Shown here: positions 48,068 to 57,745 of the stretch, piece by piece | Position numbering within the stretch: the stretch's first letter is position 1 | Layout of the letters: each line of letters starts with the position of its first letter | Source of the DNA: an uncultured delta proteobacterium | Lineage (GTDB): Bacteria > Myxococcota > UBA727 > VGSZ01 | DNA length: 64,000 nt | Reading direction: 5' to 3' | NCBI GenBank assembly: GCA_963775425.1 | Contig: CAVZJB010000016.1 | Location: forward strand, 1 to 64,000 | Made by a program: the position numbers and the translations under genes | The notes under the pieces: generated by a model | Told to the model about the DNA's origin: nothing | The model's input: the letters and a program-made list of their open reading frames with translations, nothing else | The model's database searches: none

Positions 48068-50056
48068 TCACTCGAACAGGACGAAGCGGAAGTCGTCGAC
48101 CAACTGCTCGGCGAGGTCGGGGTCCTTCTTGTCCGGCTTGATGAACGTGTACGGGAGCTGCGCCACGCGGAAGATGCCGAACGCGTCGGGCACCTCGCCG
48201 GGGACCTCGCCGAAGTAGATGCGGATGTCGTTGAAGCCCTTCGGGCGGCCGTCGGCGGCCAGGGTCTGCACGAGCGTGACGTTCCGGACGCGAAAGTCGA
48301 TGCACTGCCGCTGCGCCGACGCGACGCGCAGGAACTCGTCGACGGGGAAGGGCGGCAGGATGGCCTGAGACACCGTCACCGTGATGCTGCGCTTGCACGG
48401 GTCGACGTCCTTGCACTTGGCCCGCAGCGTGTACGTGCCGTCCTTGCCGACGTCGACGGCGGCGCCGAAGTCGGCCTCCGCGGCGTCGCGCCAGGCGAGG
48501 ACGCGGCGGCCGTCGGGCGCGATGGCGAAGCTGAGCTGGCCGTTGCCGAGGGTGGAGCCGGCGCTGACGTCCTCGATGGTGACGCCCGTGATGTCGCGCG
48601 GCTGCGACGCGAACACCAAATCGCGGATGCCGAGGTCGGTCTCGCGGTAGAGGTACCCGAGCTCGTTGCGCGCCTTGGCGTCGGCGCTGCGCGGGTCCGT
48701 GTGGTTCTTGAGCTCGACGTTGTTGGGCGTGCCGTCGAAGTCGCTGTCGGTGAGGCCGTCGTCGAGGAGGAAGTTGGTGCCGGAGAGCACCTCGAGGAGA
48801 TCGGGGCTGCCGTCGGCGTCGGTGTCGAACAGCGTGGCGTCGAGGCGGAGCAGGGCCTCCTCGCAGTCGGTCAGGCCGTCGCCGTCGCTGTCGAGGGTGG
48901 TGACCACCGCCGGATCGATGGGCTCGCACGGCGTGGGCGTGTCGGGCACGAGCGGGTCGAGGCCTACGGTGGACAAGAGCAGCTCGACCTTGTCGCCGAT
49001 GCCGTCGCCGTCGGTGTCGCGCTTGGTGGGATCGGTGCCGTAGATGAGCTCGTCGTCGTCGGACAGGCCGTCCTCGTCGCTGTCGGCGACGGCGCCGTCG
49101 TCGGTGGCGATGGCGTTGAGGTTGGTGACGATGAAGGTCTTTTCGAGGAAGACGTTGCGCGCGCTGTTGATGTCGACGGAGACGAGGTTGAAGGCGGTGG
49201 GCGAGCAGTTGCCGGAGACGATGGCGCCGGTGTCGTCGCGCTGACAGATCGGGCGGTACTCGCCGGCGCCGGCGAAGGCCATCCCCTGCAGCTCCGTCGC
49301 CGTCGGCTGGAAGGTGGCGGGGTTGGCCGACAGCTCCGACAGGTCGATGGCGTGGAGCTGGAAGTCGGCGCCGCCATTGTCGAGGACGAACTGGCGGAGG
49401 CTGGCGACGCGCGTGGACAGCTCGCAGGCCGTGTCGCAGTCGGGGGTGGTGGACAGGACGTTGTCGTCGGTGGGGCCGCCCTGGACGACGACGATGACGT
49501 ACTTGGTGCGCGAGCGCGGGCCCTTGGGCGTGGACAGCAGATCGCCGTCGACGAGGCTGGTGGCGAGCGAGAGCGCCTCACCGAGGCGGCGGCCGCCGTC
49601 GGTGGTGGGCGGCATGGGGACCGTCAGCGCGCCGGCGGCCTCGACGATCGCCTGCGTGTTGGACGTGAAGCCGCCGTCGGGCGCGACCTGGCTCTCGCCG
49701 CCGTAGCGGATGAGCGCGAACTCGGCGTCTGGGGCGCGCAGGATGCCGACCTCGTCGCGGATGGCGTTCACGCGCTGCGTGGAATACGCGGCGAGCACCG
49801 TGGGGTCTGCCGGCTGATCGATGGGCACGTTGGCCGACGCGTCCACCACGAACACGACGCGCAAGGGGAAGCTGCGCTCCGCGGGGTTGTCGGTGCACAC
49901 CTGCCCGACGAACGCCACCTTGTCCGCCTGCGACGGCACGTCGACGGGGTCGTAGAGCGTGGCGGCGGAGCACGAGGCCACGCACAGCGCCGCCACCCCG
50001 ACGAGGGCGACGAGCGACACGCGTGCGGCGAAGTTTTGCAGGTGGGCTCGGCGCAT
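48068..50056 (-). CDS. VWA + thrombospondin type 3-like Ca-binding repeat lipoprotein (MtsD-like)
   Basis: GQVCT...FPLRVVFVVDAS; several D(S/T)DxDGxxDxxE repeats. Confidence 0.78.
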   Translation of the reverse strand: MRRAHLQNFAARVSLVALVGVAALCVASCSAATLYDPVDVPSQADKVAFVGQVCTDNPAERSFPLRVVFVVDASANVPIDQPADPTVLAAYSTQRVNAIRDEVGILRAPDAEFALIRYGGESQVAPDGGFTSNTQAIVEAAGALTVPMPPTTDGGRRLGEALSLATSLVDGDLLSTPKGPRSRTKYVIVVVQGGPTDDNVLSTTPDCDTACELSTRVASLRQFVLDNGGADFQLHAIDLSELSANPATFQPTATELQGMAFAGAGEYRPICQRDDTGAIVSGNCSPTAFNLVSVDINSARNVFLEKTFIVTNLNAIATDDGAVADSDEDGLSDDDELIYGTDPTKRDTDGDGIGDKVELLLSTVGLDPLVPDTPTPCEPIDPAVVTTLDSDGDGLTDCEEALLRLDATLFDTDADGSPDLLEVLSGTNFLLDDGLTDSDFDGTPNNVELKNHTDPRSADAKARNELGYLYRETDLGIRDLVFASQPRDITGVTIEDVSAGSTLGNGQLSFAIAPDGRRVLAWRDAAEADFGAAVDVGKDGTYTLRAKCKDVDPCKRSITVTVSQAILPPFPVDEFLRVASAQRQCIDFRVRNVTLVQTLAADGRPKGFNDIRIYFGEVPGEVPDAFGIFRVAQLPYTFIKPDKKDPDLAEQLVDDFRFVLFE

Positions 50057-50207
50057 CGCGCGAGCATAGCGCGCTCGTCGTGGCTGCCGCACGCCGGCGC
50101 CTGGGGGCGGCGGCCCCGCCCAGCACGGGGATGCATGCCCCGCGTGTGCCCGTGTGCGCCTCGCGGCCCGCGGGCGCGCGGCCCGCGGCTTCGGCTAGGA
50201 TGCGGGG

Positions 50208-51368
50208 ATGCGCAACGCCTGGCTCGCGTCGTCGTCCGCGTCGTTGTTGTTCCTCGCCTGCGGCTGCGAGGTGCTGCAGCCGGCGAAGCCGCCGCCCGAG
50301 CCCCAGCCCGGCACGTTCCTGTCGACGCCGTTTCCCGACGTGCGATCGCTCAACGACGTGATCGTGCTGAAGCCCGGCCTCGCCTACGCCGTCGGCACCG
50401 GCGGCACCATCCTCAAGCTCACGGGCACCACGTGGAGCAAGGAGGACAGCGGCGTCACCGACAATCTCGAGTCCATCTCGGGCTTCCTCAAGGACGCCGG
50501 CAGCGACACCGAGACCGAGGTGATGCTCGCGTGCGGCTTCAACGGCGTCGTCCTGCAGCGCACGGATCCGGGCGCCTGGGCGGTGGTCCCGTCGGGCACC
50601 ACCAACGTGCTGTTCTCCGTCGCCGTTCGCAGCGAGACCGACGGCTTCGTCGTCGGCGACGCCGGGACGGTGTTGCGCTGGGACGGAACGCAGCTCGTCG
50701 ATCAGACCACGCAGACGCTGCAGCTGGTCGTCGGCCTCACCTGCAGCGTCGACACGGACTGCGGCGGCGGCAGCGTCTGCAACGGCGGCACGTGCAACAG
50801 CTTCTTCCCCATCCCCGAGCCCTTGAAGGGCGTCGGCGGCGGCAGCACCATGCTCGCCGTCGGCGCGCGCGGCGCCGTCTACAGCTTCGACGCCGACGGC
50901 GATCCGGTGAGCGGCCGCTGGCAGCGCGAGGACTCCGGCACCACGCGTCCGCTCGCGGGGATCTTCACCGAGTCGGGCGTGTGGATGCCGGCCACCGACG
51001 GCGTGCTGCTGTTCAGGAACGGCGCCGACGACTACGACGACGAGAGCTTCCGCACGCCGGCGCCCGTGTTCCTCCAGGACGTGTGGGTCGACGGCGGCAA
51101 CATCTTCGCGGTCGGCCTCGGCCAGGACATTTTCCATCGCGACGGCAGCGGGGCCTGGAGCCTCACCACGGTGGCGGAGGACGCCGAGATGCGCGGGATC
51201 GACGGCTTCGAGGCGCCGCCGGACGACGATCCCAAGGGCGATCCCATCGCCACCTTCATCGCCGTCGGCGGCGGCGGCCGCATCGTGCGCGGACCGTTCG
51301 TCCTTCCCGTCGACGGCGAATCGGTGCTCAGCACCCGCCTGAGCGACACGGACTTCGTATCGCCCTGA
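50208..51368 (+). CDS. Beta-propeller lipoprotein (YCF48/WD40-like repeats)
   Basis: LACGC lipobox; repeated AVGxxGxI/V...W...SGxT.xL blades. Confidence 0.75.
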   Translation: MRNAWLASSSASLLFLACGCEVLQPAKPPPEPQPGTFLSTPFPDVRSLNDVIVLKPGLAYAVGTGGTILKLTGTTWSKEDSGVTDNLESISGFLKDAGSDTETEVMLACGFNGVVLQRTDPGAWAVVPSGTTNVLFSVAVRSETDGFVVGDAGTVLRWDGTQLVDQTTQTLQLVVGLTCSVDTDCGGGSVCNGGTCNSFFPIPEPLKGVGGGSTMLAVGARGAVYSFDADGDPVSGRWQREDSGTTRPLAGIFTESGVWMPATDGVLLFRNGADDYDDESFRTPAPVFLQDVWVDGGNIFAVGLGQDIFHRDGSGAWSLTTVAEDAEMRGIDGFEAPPDDDPKGDPIATFIAVGGGGRIVRGPFVLPVDGESVLSTRLSDTDFVSP

Positions 51369-51421
51369 CGCCTACAGCGGTGCCCTCGTCTTCGGCGGCC
51401 GGCCTCCGCTATGCTGCCGCC

Positions 51422-51820
51422 ATGCTGAAGGCGCTCCTCGTCGCTTCCCTGGTCTGTTTCTCCGGCTCGGCCCTCGCGGCCCACCATGCGCCGCACGCGA
51501 AGGCGTCGTCGTCGGTGAAGCTCGCCAAGAGGTCGCGCCACTCGAAGAAAGCCGACAAGGCCAAGGAGAAGGAGAAGGCGGAGCCGGCGGACCGGCCCGG
51601 GCCCCACTCCGATCCTCGCGCGGCGGCCCCCGCGGCGGTGACGCCGGCGGCGGAGGCGCGGCACGGGATGTCCCGCATCGAGTTCGATGATCGCCTCGTG
51701 CAGGGGCAGACCAACAAGGCCAACGCCATCTATCTCTTCGAGCGCCGCGCGAGCGCCCTGCGGTCACTGCTCAAGAAGCGCACGAACTTCCACGAAGAGA
51801 TCGACGAGACCCTCGAGTAG
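51422..51820 (+). CDS. GltF/CglF-like small exported protein
   Basis: Signal peptide; IEFDDRLVQGQ...SLLKKRTNF..EI C-terminus; directly upstream of a gltG-like gene. Confidence 0.7.
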   Translation: MLKALLVASLVCFSGSALAAHHAPHAKASSSVKLAKRSRHSKKADKAKEKEKAEPADRPGPHSDPRAAAPAAVTPAAEARHGMSRIEFDDRLVQGQTNKANAIYLFERRASALRSLLKKRTNFHEEIDETLE

Positions 51821-51862
51821 CCGCCCGGTCCTCGCCGTTCGAACGTGAAAAAGGAGTAGGGC

Positions 51863-54076
51863 GTGCTCGTCCTCCAGGTCTTCATCATGAGAAACGGTGC
51901 CTTCGAGGGCACCGAGATGGTCACCGGCGATCGCATCGAGATCGGCCGCGACCCGCAAAACGCGCTCGTCCTCGACGACGAGTCTTGCTCGCGCCGCCAC
52001 GCGGCGATCTTCGAGCACGACGGCAAGCTCGCCATCCAGGACCTCGGCAGCGCCAACGGCACGCGGATCAACGGCGAGCCGGTGGGCAACGGGCGTTTCA
52101 TCGGACCGCGCGACGACATCGCCGTCGGCGTCTTCATGCTCAAGGTGAAGCTGATGTCGGGCGCCGCGCGCGCGGCGGCGCCGGCGCCCATGGCGCCTGA
52201 TCCCACGCGCATCGTGCAGGTGCCGCAGCCGGTGCTGCCGCAGCCGTCGCGCGCCCCGGTGCCGAGCGCGGGCTCGCTCGCCATCGGCAGCGCCGACAAC
52301 GAGCGCACCGCCGTGGGCCTCGAGATGGCGATGACCGAGGCGTCGACGCCCGGCGCCATCTCGGGCAGCTCGAGCGAGGCCACGTTGACGGTGCCCGGCC
52401 CGCCGCCGGTGCCGATGTCGATGTCGGAGCCGTCGTCGCCGAGCCTGCGGCCCGAGCTCGAGTCGCACCCCGACGTCACCGCGCCCGAGGCGTCGCTGCC
52501 GGCGCTCGCGGAGGCGCCCACCGTGCCGAGGGGCACGCAGCGGCCGCAGCTCACCAGCCCGACGCCGCAGGCGGCGCCGGGCCGGCACCTCCCGCGCCCG
52601 GCGGCGCCCGACGTGCCGATGCCGATGGCGATGGACGACTTCCCCATCCCCGCGGCGCCCGTCAACACCGACGGTGAGCCGCTGCCGGCGCTGCGCTTCG
52701 CCCCGCGCTTCCTCGAGGAGGAGCTCGTCGAGGAGGAGACCGAGCCCGTGTGGTCGCTGGTGCAGCGGCTGGTGAAGCCGAGCGGCCCGGAGAAGAGCAA
52801 GGAGCCGCTGCTCGAGGTGCTGCACTACCGCGGCGAGCACGTCGTCGACCACAGCGTCTTGCGTCCCGGTGACACCTTCCGCCTCGGCGCGGGCATGAGC
52901 CGCGCCGAGCGACGGGAGGCGGGCATCGACAAGGTGGTGCCCATCGCGCGCCTGAAGAAGGGTGGCGTCGCGGAGGTGTTTCAGCGTGAAGAGGTGTCGG
53001 GGCGCTTGCTGCGCGGCAACCAGCAGACCGAGGTGAAGCCCGGCGGCGGCCCGGTGCCCATCACCGAGGGCGAGCTCGCGAGCCTGCGCGTGGGCAACGA
53101 GCGGGTGTTCCTGCGCTTCGCCGGCGCGCCTCAGCTCGTGTGGACGCGCGACGACGCCGCCGAGGATCGCTTCAACCGCCGCTTGAACGGCATCGCCGCC
53201 GGAGCGTCGGTGGGGTTGTTCCTCATCTTCGCGCTCATCTCGTGGATCCTGCAGTACCGAAACGCCGATCAGGAGATCATCGCGCTCGAGGACGACAGCT
53301 TCGCCGAGGTGGAGATGAAGCCCCTCGAGATGGAGAAGCCGCCGGAGCCGGAGAAGCCGCCGGAGCCCGTGGAGACCAAGGAGCCCGAGGCCGTCCCCGA
53401 CAAGAACCCCACGCCCGTCACCAAGGCGGACAACAAGCCCGCGCCCAAGGAGCAGGCGGCGAAGAAGCCCGGCGTGATGGACATCCTCAACAACATCCCG
53501 AAGGTGAATTCGTCGGCGTCGAACCAGAACCTCACGGCGGCGCTCTCGAACATCAAGGGCGTGCGCGTGCCCGGCGGCGCCGCCGGCGTGAAGGTGAGCG
53601 CGCTGATCGGCAAGGCGCCGACGTCGGGCGTGCAGATCGGCGGCGCGGCGGGCGGCTTGTCGACGAGCGGCATCAACTCGCTGTTCCGCAAGGACGGGCA
53701 GGCGGGCGCGCTCGGGGGCAAGGGGGACAGGAAGGTCGCCGGACGCGTCACCACGCTGCCCCGTCAGATCGTGCGCAAGGGCGAGGGCTCGCTGTCGAAG
53801 GAGGAGATCCAGAAGGTCATCCAGCGGCACATCGGCGAGATTCAGTACTGCTACGAGAAGCAGTTGCGGACGCAGCCGGGCCTCGCGGGTCGCGTGCAGC
53901 TCGAGTGGGTGGTGGCGCCCGGAGGTCGCGTCACCGTCGTCAAGGTGGCGAACTCGTCGCTGCCGAGCGCCGCCGCCACGGGCTGCATGGTGTCCAAGGT
54001 GAAGCGGTGGAAGTTCCCGTCGCCGAAGGGCGGGTCCGTCACCGTGGTGTTCCCCTTCGTGTTCAACACCGTCTAA
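51863..54076 (+). CDS. GltG/AgmX-like protein (FHA - TM - TonB C-terminal-like)
   Basis: IGRD, SRRHA, DLGSANGT FHA motifs; IQYCYE..L...P.LAG, WKFPSPKGG..V.FPF C-terminus. Confidence 0.88.
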   Translation: MLVLQVFIMRNGAFEGTEMVTGDRIEIGRDPQNALVLDDESCSRRHAAIFEHDGKLAIQDLGSANGTRINGEPVGNGRFIGPRDDIAVGVFMLKVKLMSGAARAAAPAPMAPDPTRIVQVPQPVLPQPSRAPVPSAGSLAIGSADNERTAVGLEMAMTEASTPGAISGSSSEATLTVPGPPPVPMSMSEPSSPSLRPELESHPDVTAPEASLPALAEAPTVPRGTQRPQLTSPTPQAAPGRHLPRPAAPDVPMPMAMDDFPIPAAPVNTDGEPLPALRFAPRFLEEELVEEETEPVWSLVQRLVKPSGPEKSKEPLLEVLHYRGEHVVDHSVLRPGDTFRLGAGMSRAERREAGIDKVVPIARLKKGGVAEVFQREEVSGRLLRGNQQTEVKPGGGPVPITEGELASLRVGNERVFLRFAGAPQLVWTRDDAAEDRFNRRLNGIAAGASVGLFLIFALISWILQYRNADQEIIALEDDSFAEVEMKPLEMEKPPEPEKPPEPVETKEPEAVPDKNPTPVTKADNKPAPKEQAAKKPGVMDILNNIPKVNSSASNQNLTAALSNIKGVRVPGGAAGVKVSALIGKAPTSGVQIGGAAGGLSTSGINSLFRKDGQAGALGGKGDRKVAGRVTTLPRQIVRKGEGSLSKEEIQKVIQRHIGEIQYCYEKQLRTQPGLAGRVQLEWVVAPGGRVTVVKVANSSLPSAAATGCMVSKVKRWKFPSPKGGSVTVVFPFVFNTV

Positions 54077-54079
54077 GCC

Positions 54080-54589
54080 GTGCTGTCACTCGCCCTCCTC
54101 GTCGCGCTGCAGGCGCCGCTTGCACCCACGCCCATCGGCGCGCCGCCGCCGGCGCCGGCGGCGGCGGCGCGTGCCGAGGACGCCGTCGTCATCGCCCTCG
54201 ACAATCGGATCGTGAAGGACCAGGCGCCGGGGGCGTTTTTGACGCGCACCGTCGCCGCGCTCGAGAAGCTCCGCGGCGTGCGCGTGCTGCGCATCTCCGA
54301 CGGCAGGAAGCGCCTCGACGCGCGCGGTGACAAGGAGCTGTCGCGCTGCGCCGACGACGCGGGCTGCCTCGCCACCGCGGCGCGGGAGATCGGCGCGGAC
54401 ATCGTCGTCACCGTGCGCCTCACGCGCCGAACCGGGGCCTACTTCCTCGCGCTCACGCGCATCAGCGCCCTGCGCCCGCAGATGAGCGATGACGCCGCGA
54501 CGCTCGCGGGCAGCGAGCAGGACGCGTTGAAATTCGTCGCCGACGCCGTCGCGGAGCTTTTCCCCGACACGGAGGAAAAGGCCCCGTAG
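54080..54589 (+). CDS. Hypothetical exported protein
   Basis: Signal-like N-terminus, C....CL...AR.IGAD motif; operonic position. Confidence 0.7.
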   Translation: MLSLALLVALQAPLAPTPIGAPPPAPAAAARAEDAVVIALDNRIVKDQAPGAFLTRTVAALEKLRGVRVLRISDGRKRLDARGDKELSRCADDAGCLATAAREIGADIVVTVRLTRRTGAYFLALTRISALRPQMSDDAATLAGSEQDALKFVADAVAELFPDTEEKAP

Positions 54590-54795
54590 CGCAGCCCCCG
54601 CGCCCCGAGGACTCCGTGCGACGGCGTGCGCGCGACCCGCGCTGCGCGCAGGTGCGGCCGGGCAGGCGCGATGTCGGCGCCGGGTGTGCGCCTCCGCGCG
54701 AACGCCGTGCGTACGTCGCCCGCCGCGGACGGCGTGGCGCCGCAAAGAACGTCCCACGCTCGCGCCGAGGCGCCGAACGGATGTAGAACCACGAC

Positions 54796-55485
54796 GTGCA
54801 TTCCATCGCGAACCCCACCGCACCACGCGGTCGTGCCTGCACCGCAGCCGCCGTCCTCGCCGCGTTGACGCCTCTTTTGGCCTCAACGCATGCGCGCGCC
54901 GACTACGACGATGAGGACAGCGGCGGCAACGCCGTCGTCATCCAGGAGCGCGAGTTCAAGATGGCGAACGAGTTCACGCTGTCGACGGGCATCCTGCCGC
55001 TCGATGCGTTCCAGAAGGGCATCCCGCTCACGGCCCGCTACACGCTGCACTTCGACGACTTCAACGCCTGGGAGATCATCGGCGGCACCTACAGCCTCAA
55101 CCTCGACAGCGGGCTGTCGGGCATCCTCGCCGACAAGTTTGCGGTGCAGGCCGAGATCCTGCCCAAGCTCCTCGTCGTCGCCGACACCAACTACGTCGCC
55201 AAACCGTTCTACGGAAAGTTCGCGCTCTTCAACAAGATGATCATCTACGAGGAGCTCTTCCTGAACGCGGGCTTGACCGTCAGCTACTGGTCCGACGGCT
55301 CCTTCCGGCCGGGACCCGACTTCGGCGCCGCCATCCGCTTCTTCGTCTGGGACTTCCTGTCCTTGCGCTTCGATATCCGGCACGCGCTCGTCATGAACGG
55401 CATCCCCTACTTCGACCCGAACGCGCAGGTCGACGGCGTCCTGCAGTTGCTCGCCGGCGTCTCGTTCAACGTGGGAGGCGGCTGA
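54796..55485 (+). CDS. Outer-membrane beta-barrel protein (GltA/B-like)
   Basis: VIQER.F, DAFQK, KPFYGKFAL, GVSF C-terminus. Confidence 0.85.
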   Translation: MHSIANPTAPRGRACTAAAVLAALTPLLASTHARADYDDEDSGGNAVVIQEREFKMANEFTLSTGILPLDAFQKGIPLTARYTLHFDDFNAWEIIGGTYSLNLDSGLSGILADKFAVQAEILPKLLVVADTNYVAKPFYGKFALFNKMIIYEELFLNAGLTVSYWSDGSFRPGPDFGAAIRFFVWDFLSLRFDIRHALVMNGIPYFDPNAQVDGVLQLLAGVSFNVGGG

Positions 55486-56138
55486 TGCCCGCCGTCCTTC
55501 GCACCGTCCTTTGCACCGTCCTCGCGCTCGCGGCGGCGGCGCCCGCGCTCGCCGACAACGATGACACGGACATCAAAGAGCCCACGCGCGTGGTGATCCA
55601 AAACCGCAAGTACAAGCTCGGCACGGAGCTGACGTTCGAGGCGGCCACCCTCCCGCTCGATCCCTTCTACAAGGGCATCGCGGGCACCGCGCGGCTCACG
55701 TTCCACTTCAACGACTTCAACGCCTGGGAGGTCGCCGGCGGCACCTACAGCTTCAACCTCAACTCGAGCCTCACCGATCAGCTCGAGAAGAACTTCGGCG
55801 TGCAGGCTGCGCAGCTCCCGGGGCTGCAGTTCATGGTCGAGAGCGACTACATCATGAAGCCGTTCTACGGAAAGTTCGCCCTCGCCAACCGCACGCTGCT
55901 GTACCAGGAGGTCTACCTGGCCGTCGGCGGCACCGCGTCGTTCTGGACGGACAACTCGCTGCGCTACGGACCCAACTACGGCGGCGGCATCCGCTTCTTC
56001 CTCGCGGAGTGGTTCAGCTTGCGCTTCGACATCCGCCACGCGGTCGTGTTCTCCAAGATCCCGTTCGTCGACAAGGACGCCACCCTCGACGGCGTCCTCT
56101 ATCTGGGCGTGGGCGCGTCCTTCAACCTCGGAGGCTGA
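55485..56138 (+). CDS. Outer-membrane beta-barrel protein (GltA/B-like)
   Basis: VIQNRKY, DPFYK, KPFYGKFAL; paralogue of the preceding gene. Confidence 0.85.
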   Translation: MPAVLRTVLCTVLALAAAAPALADNDDTDIKEPTRVVIQNRKYKLGTELTFEAATLPLDPFYKGIAGTARLTFHFNDFNAWEVAGGTYSFNLNSSLTDQLEKNFGVQAAQLPGLQFMVESDYIMKPFYGKFALANRTLLYQEVYLAVGGTASFWTDNSLRYGPNYGGGIRFFLAEWFSLRFDIRHAVVFSKIPFVDKDATLDGVLYLGVGASFNLGG

Positions 56139-56140
56139 CG

Positions 56141-57745
56141 ATGATCCTCGCGCTCACCGTCGCCCTCTCCTTCGGGCTGGCCGGCGCCGACGCCAAGGCG
56201 TCGCCCGCCCCCGCGGCCGCGCCGGCCGCCGGGGCGCAGCCCGCCCCAGGTGACAAGCCCGCCGACGCCGACAAGCCCGCCGAGGGCGAAGGCGAAGGCG
56301 ACGACAACGAGACCGTCGTCTCCACCGTGCCCGACAGCGTCTTCGACGAGGCCGTGCAGGACTTCGACCAGGGCAAATACAAGAGCGCCGCCGAGAAGTT
56401 CTGGCACTACCTGAGCGGCAACGAGCAGACCGCCGACCACTACGAGTGGGCCGAGTTCTACATCGCGCGCTCGTTCCTGCGGATGGGCCTGAACCACGCC
56501 GGCGTCGAGTACCTGTACAACGTCGCCAAGGAGCGCAAGCGCCCGGAGCTGCTGCCGGAGGCGCTGCGCGAGATCGAGCACATCCGCGACACCGTGCCTT
56601 TCGATTCGGAGCTGCTCGACACGGACCTCCTGCGCGGCGGCGACTTCGGCGCCCTCCCGCCCGACGTGAAGAGCTTCGTCGAATACCAGCAGGGCCGGCT
56701 CGACCTGCTCGACGGCCGGCGCGAATGGGCCCAGCGCCACTTTGATCGCCTCGCCCACACGAGTGACGACGAGCAACGCGTGCAGCGCTACGCCCTGCGG
56801 GCGCGTCTGGCGGAGGCCATCGCCGACCTCAAGGCCACGCACGCGCAGGACACCAAGGCCAAGCGCGACAAGCGCATGCACGCGCAGGAGATGCTCGTCG
56901 ACGTCGCCAAGTCCAAGATCGACGACTTCAAGGTGAAGAACGACGCCAAGCGCGTGGTGGCGGAGCTGCTGTTCGAGGAGAAGGACTTCGACGGCGCCCT
57001 CAAGATGTACAACTCCATCGAGGTGCCGTTCCTGTCCGAGGAGGAGGCCAACCTCTTCCTGGAGAAGGCGTGGACCCGCTACTACAAGGGAGACGCGCGC
57101 GGCACGCTCGGCATCCTCCTGACGCTCGACGCGCCGTCGTACCGCAAGTTCTTCAAGCCGGAGCGCTTCGTGCTGAAGGCGCTCGCGTACAAGTCGCTGT
57201 GCCACTACGCGGCGGCCAAGGCGGCGGCGCGGGAGTTCCTGCGGCGCTACGGGTCGTCGCTCGAGGAGATCCGGCGCTCACGCGACCCGCTCACCGATCC
57301 CGTCGTGCGCACCGCCGCGGTGCAGAGGAAGAAGCCCAAGCGCATGTACGCGTTCCTCGATTCGCTCCAGCACGAGCGCGACAACGTCGACCGCTTCTCC
57401 GACGAGTTCGGGCTCGCCACCCACCTGGCCCGGATCTACGACCTCAAGATCGCCGAGGTGAATCGCTCCCTCAATCGCGTGGTCAAGGACGAGGCCGTCA
57501 AGGTGGCCACGGAGCTGCTCGACTACGAGGAGCAGGCCCGCCTCGTCGACTACGAGGTGAGCCTCGAGGTGTTCAAGCGCCTCAAGAAGGGCAATGGCAA
57601 GAAGGTGGTGGACCAGGAGCCACCCATCCCGCTCGGCTCGCGGCAGGTCTACTACCGCTTCGACGGTGAATATTGGAACGACGAGCTGCACGACTACCGC
57701 TTCCGCATCGACAACCGCTGCTTCGGCGAGGAGCTGTTCGAATGA
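56141..57745 (+). CDS. GltC-like TPR protein
   Basis: TPR-like helices; C-terminal FDGEYWNDEL..YRF.I..RC motif. Confidence 0.82.
   Translation: MILALTVALSFGLAGADAKASPAPAAAPAAGAQPAPGDKPADADKPAEGEGEGDDNETVVSTVPDSVFDEAVQDFDQGKYKSAAEKFWHYLSGNEQTADHYEWAEFYIARSFLRMGLNHAGVEYLYNVAKERKRPELLPEALREIEHIRDTVPFDSELLDTDLLRGGDFGALPPDVKSFVEYQQGRLDLLDGRREWAQRHFDRLAHTSDDEQRVQRYALRARLAEAIADLKATHAQDTKAKRDKRMHAQEMLVDVAKSKIDDFKVKNDAKRVVAELLFEEKDFDGALKMYNSIEVPFLSEEEANLFLEKAWTRYYKGDARGTLGILLTLDAPSYRKFFKPERFVLKALAYKSLCHYAAAKAAAREFLRRYGSSLEEIRRSRDPLTDPVVRTAAVQRKKPKRMYAFLDSLQHERDNVDRFSDEFGLATHLARIYDLKIAEVNRSLNRVVKDEAVKVATELLDYEEQARLVDYEVSLEVFKRLKKGNGKKVVDQEPPIPLGSRQVYYRFDGEYWNDELHDYRFRIDNRCFGEELFE

Noticed and set aside
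48701-51820. 1039-aa ORF
   Set aside because: Only the last ~132 codons (from 51422) look like a real gene; the rest overlaps two better-supported genes.
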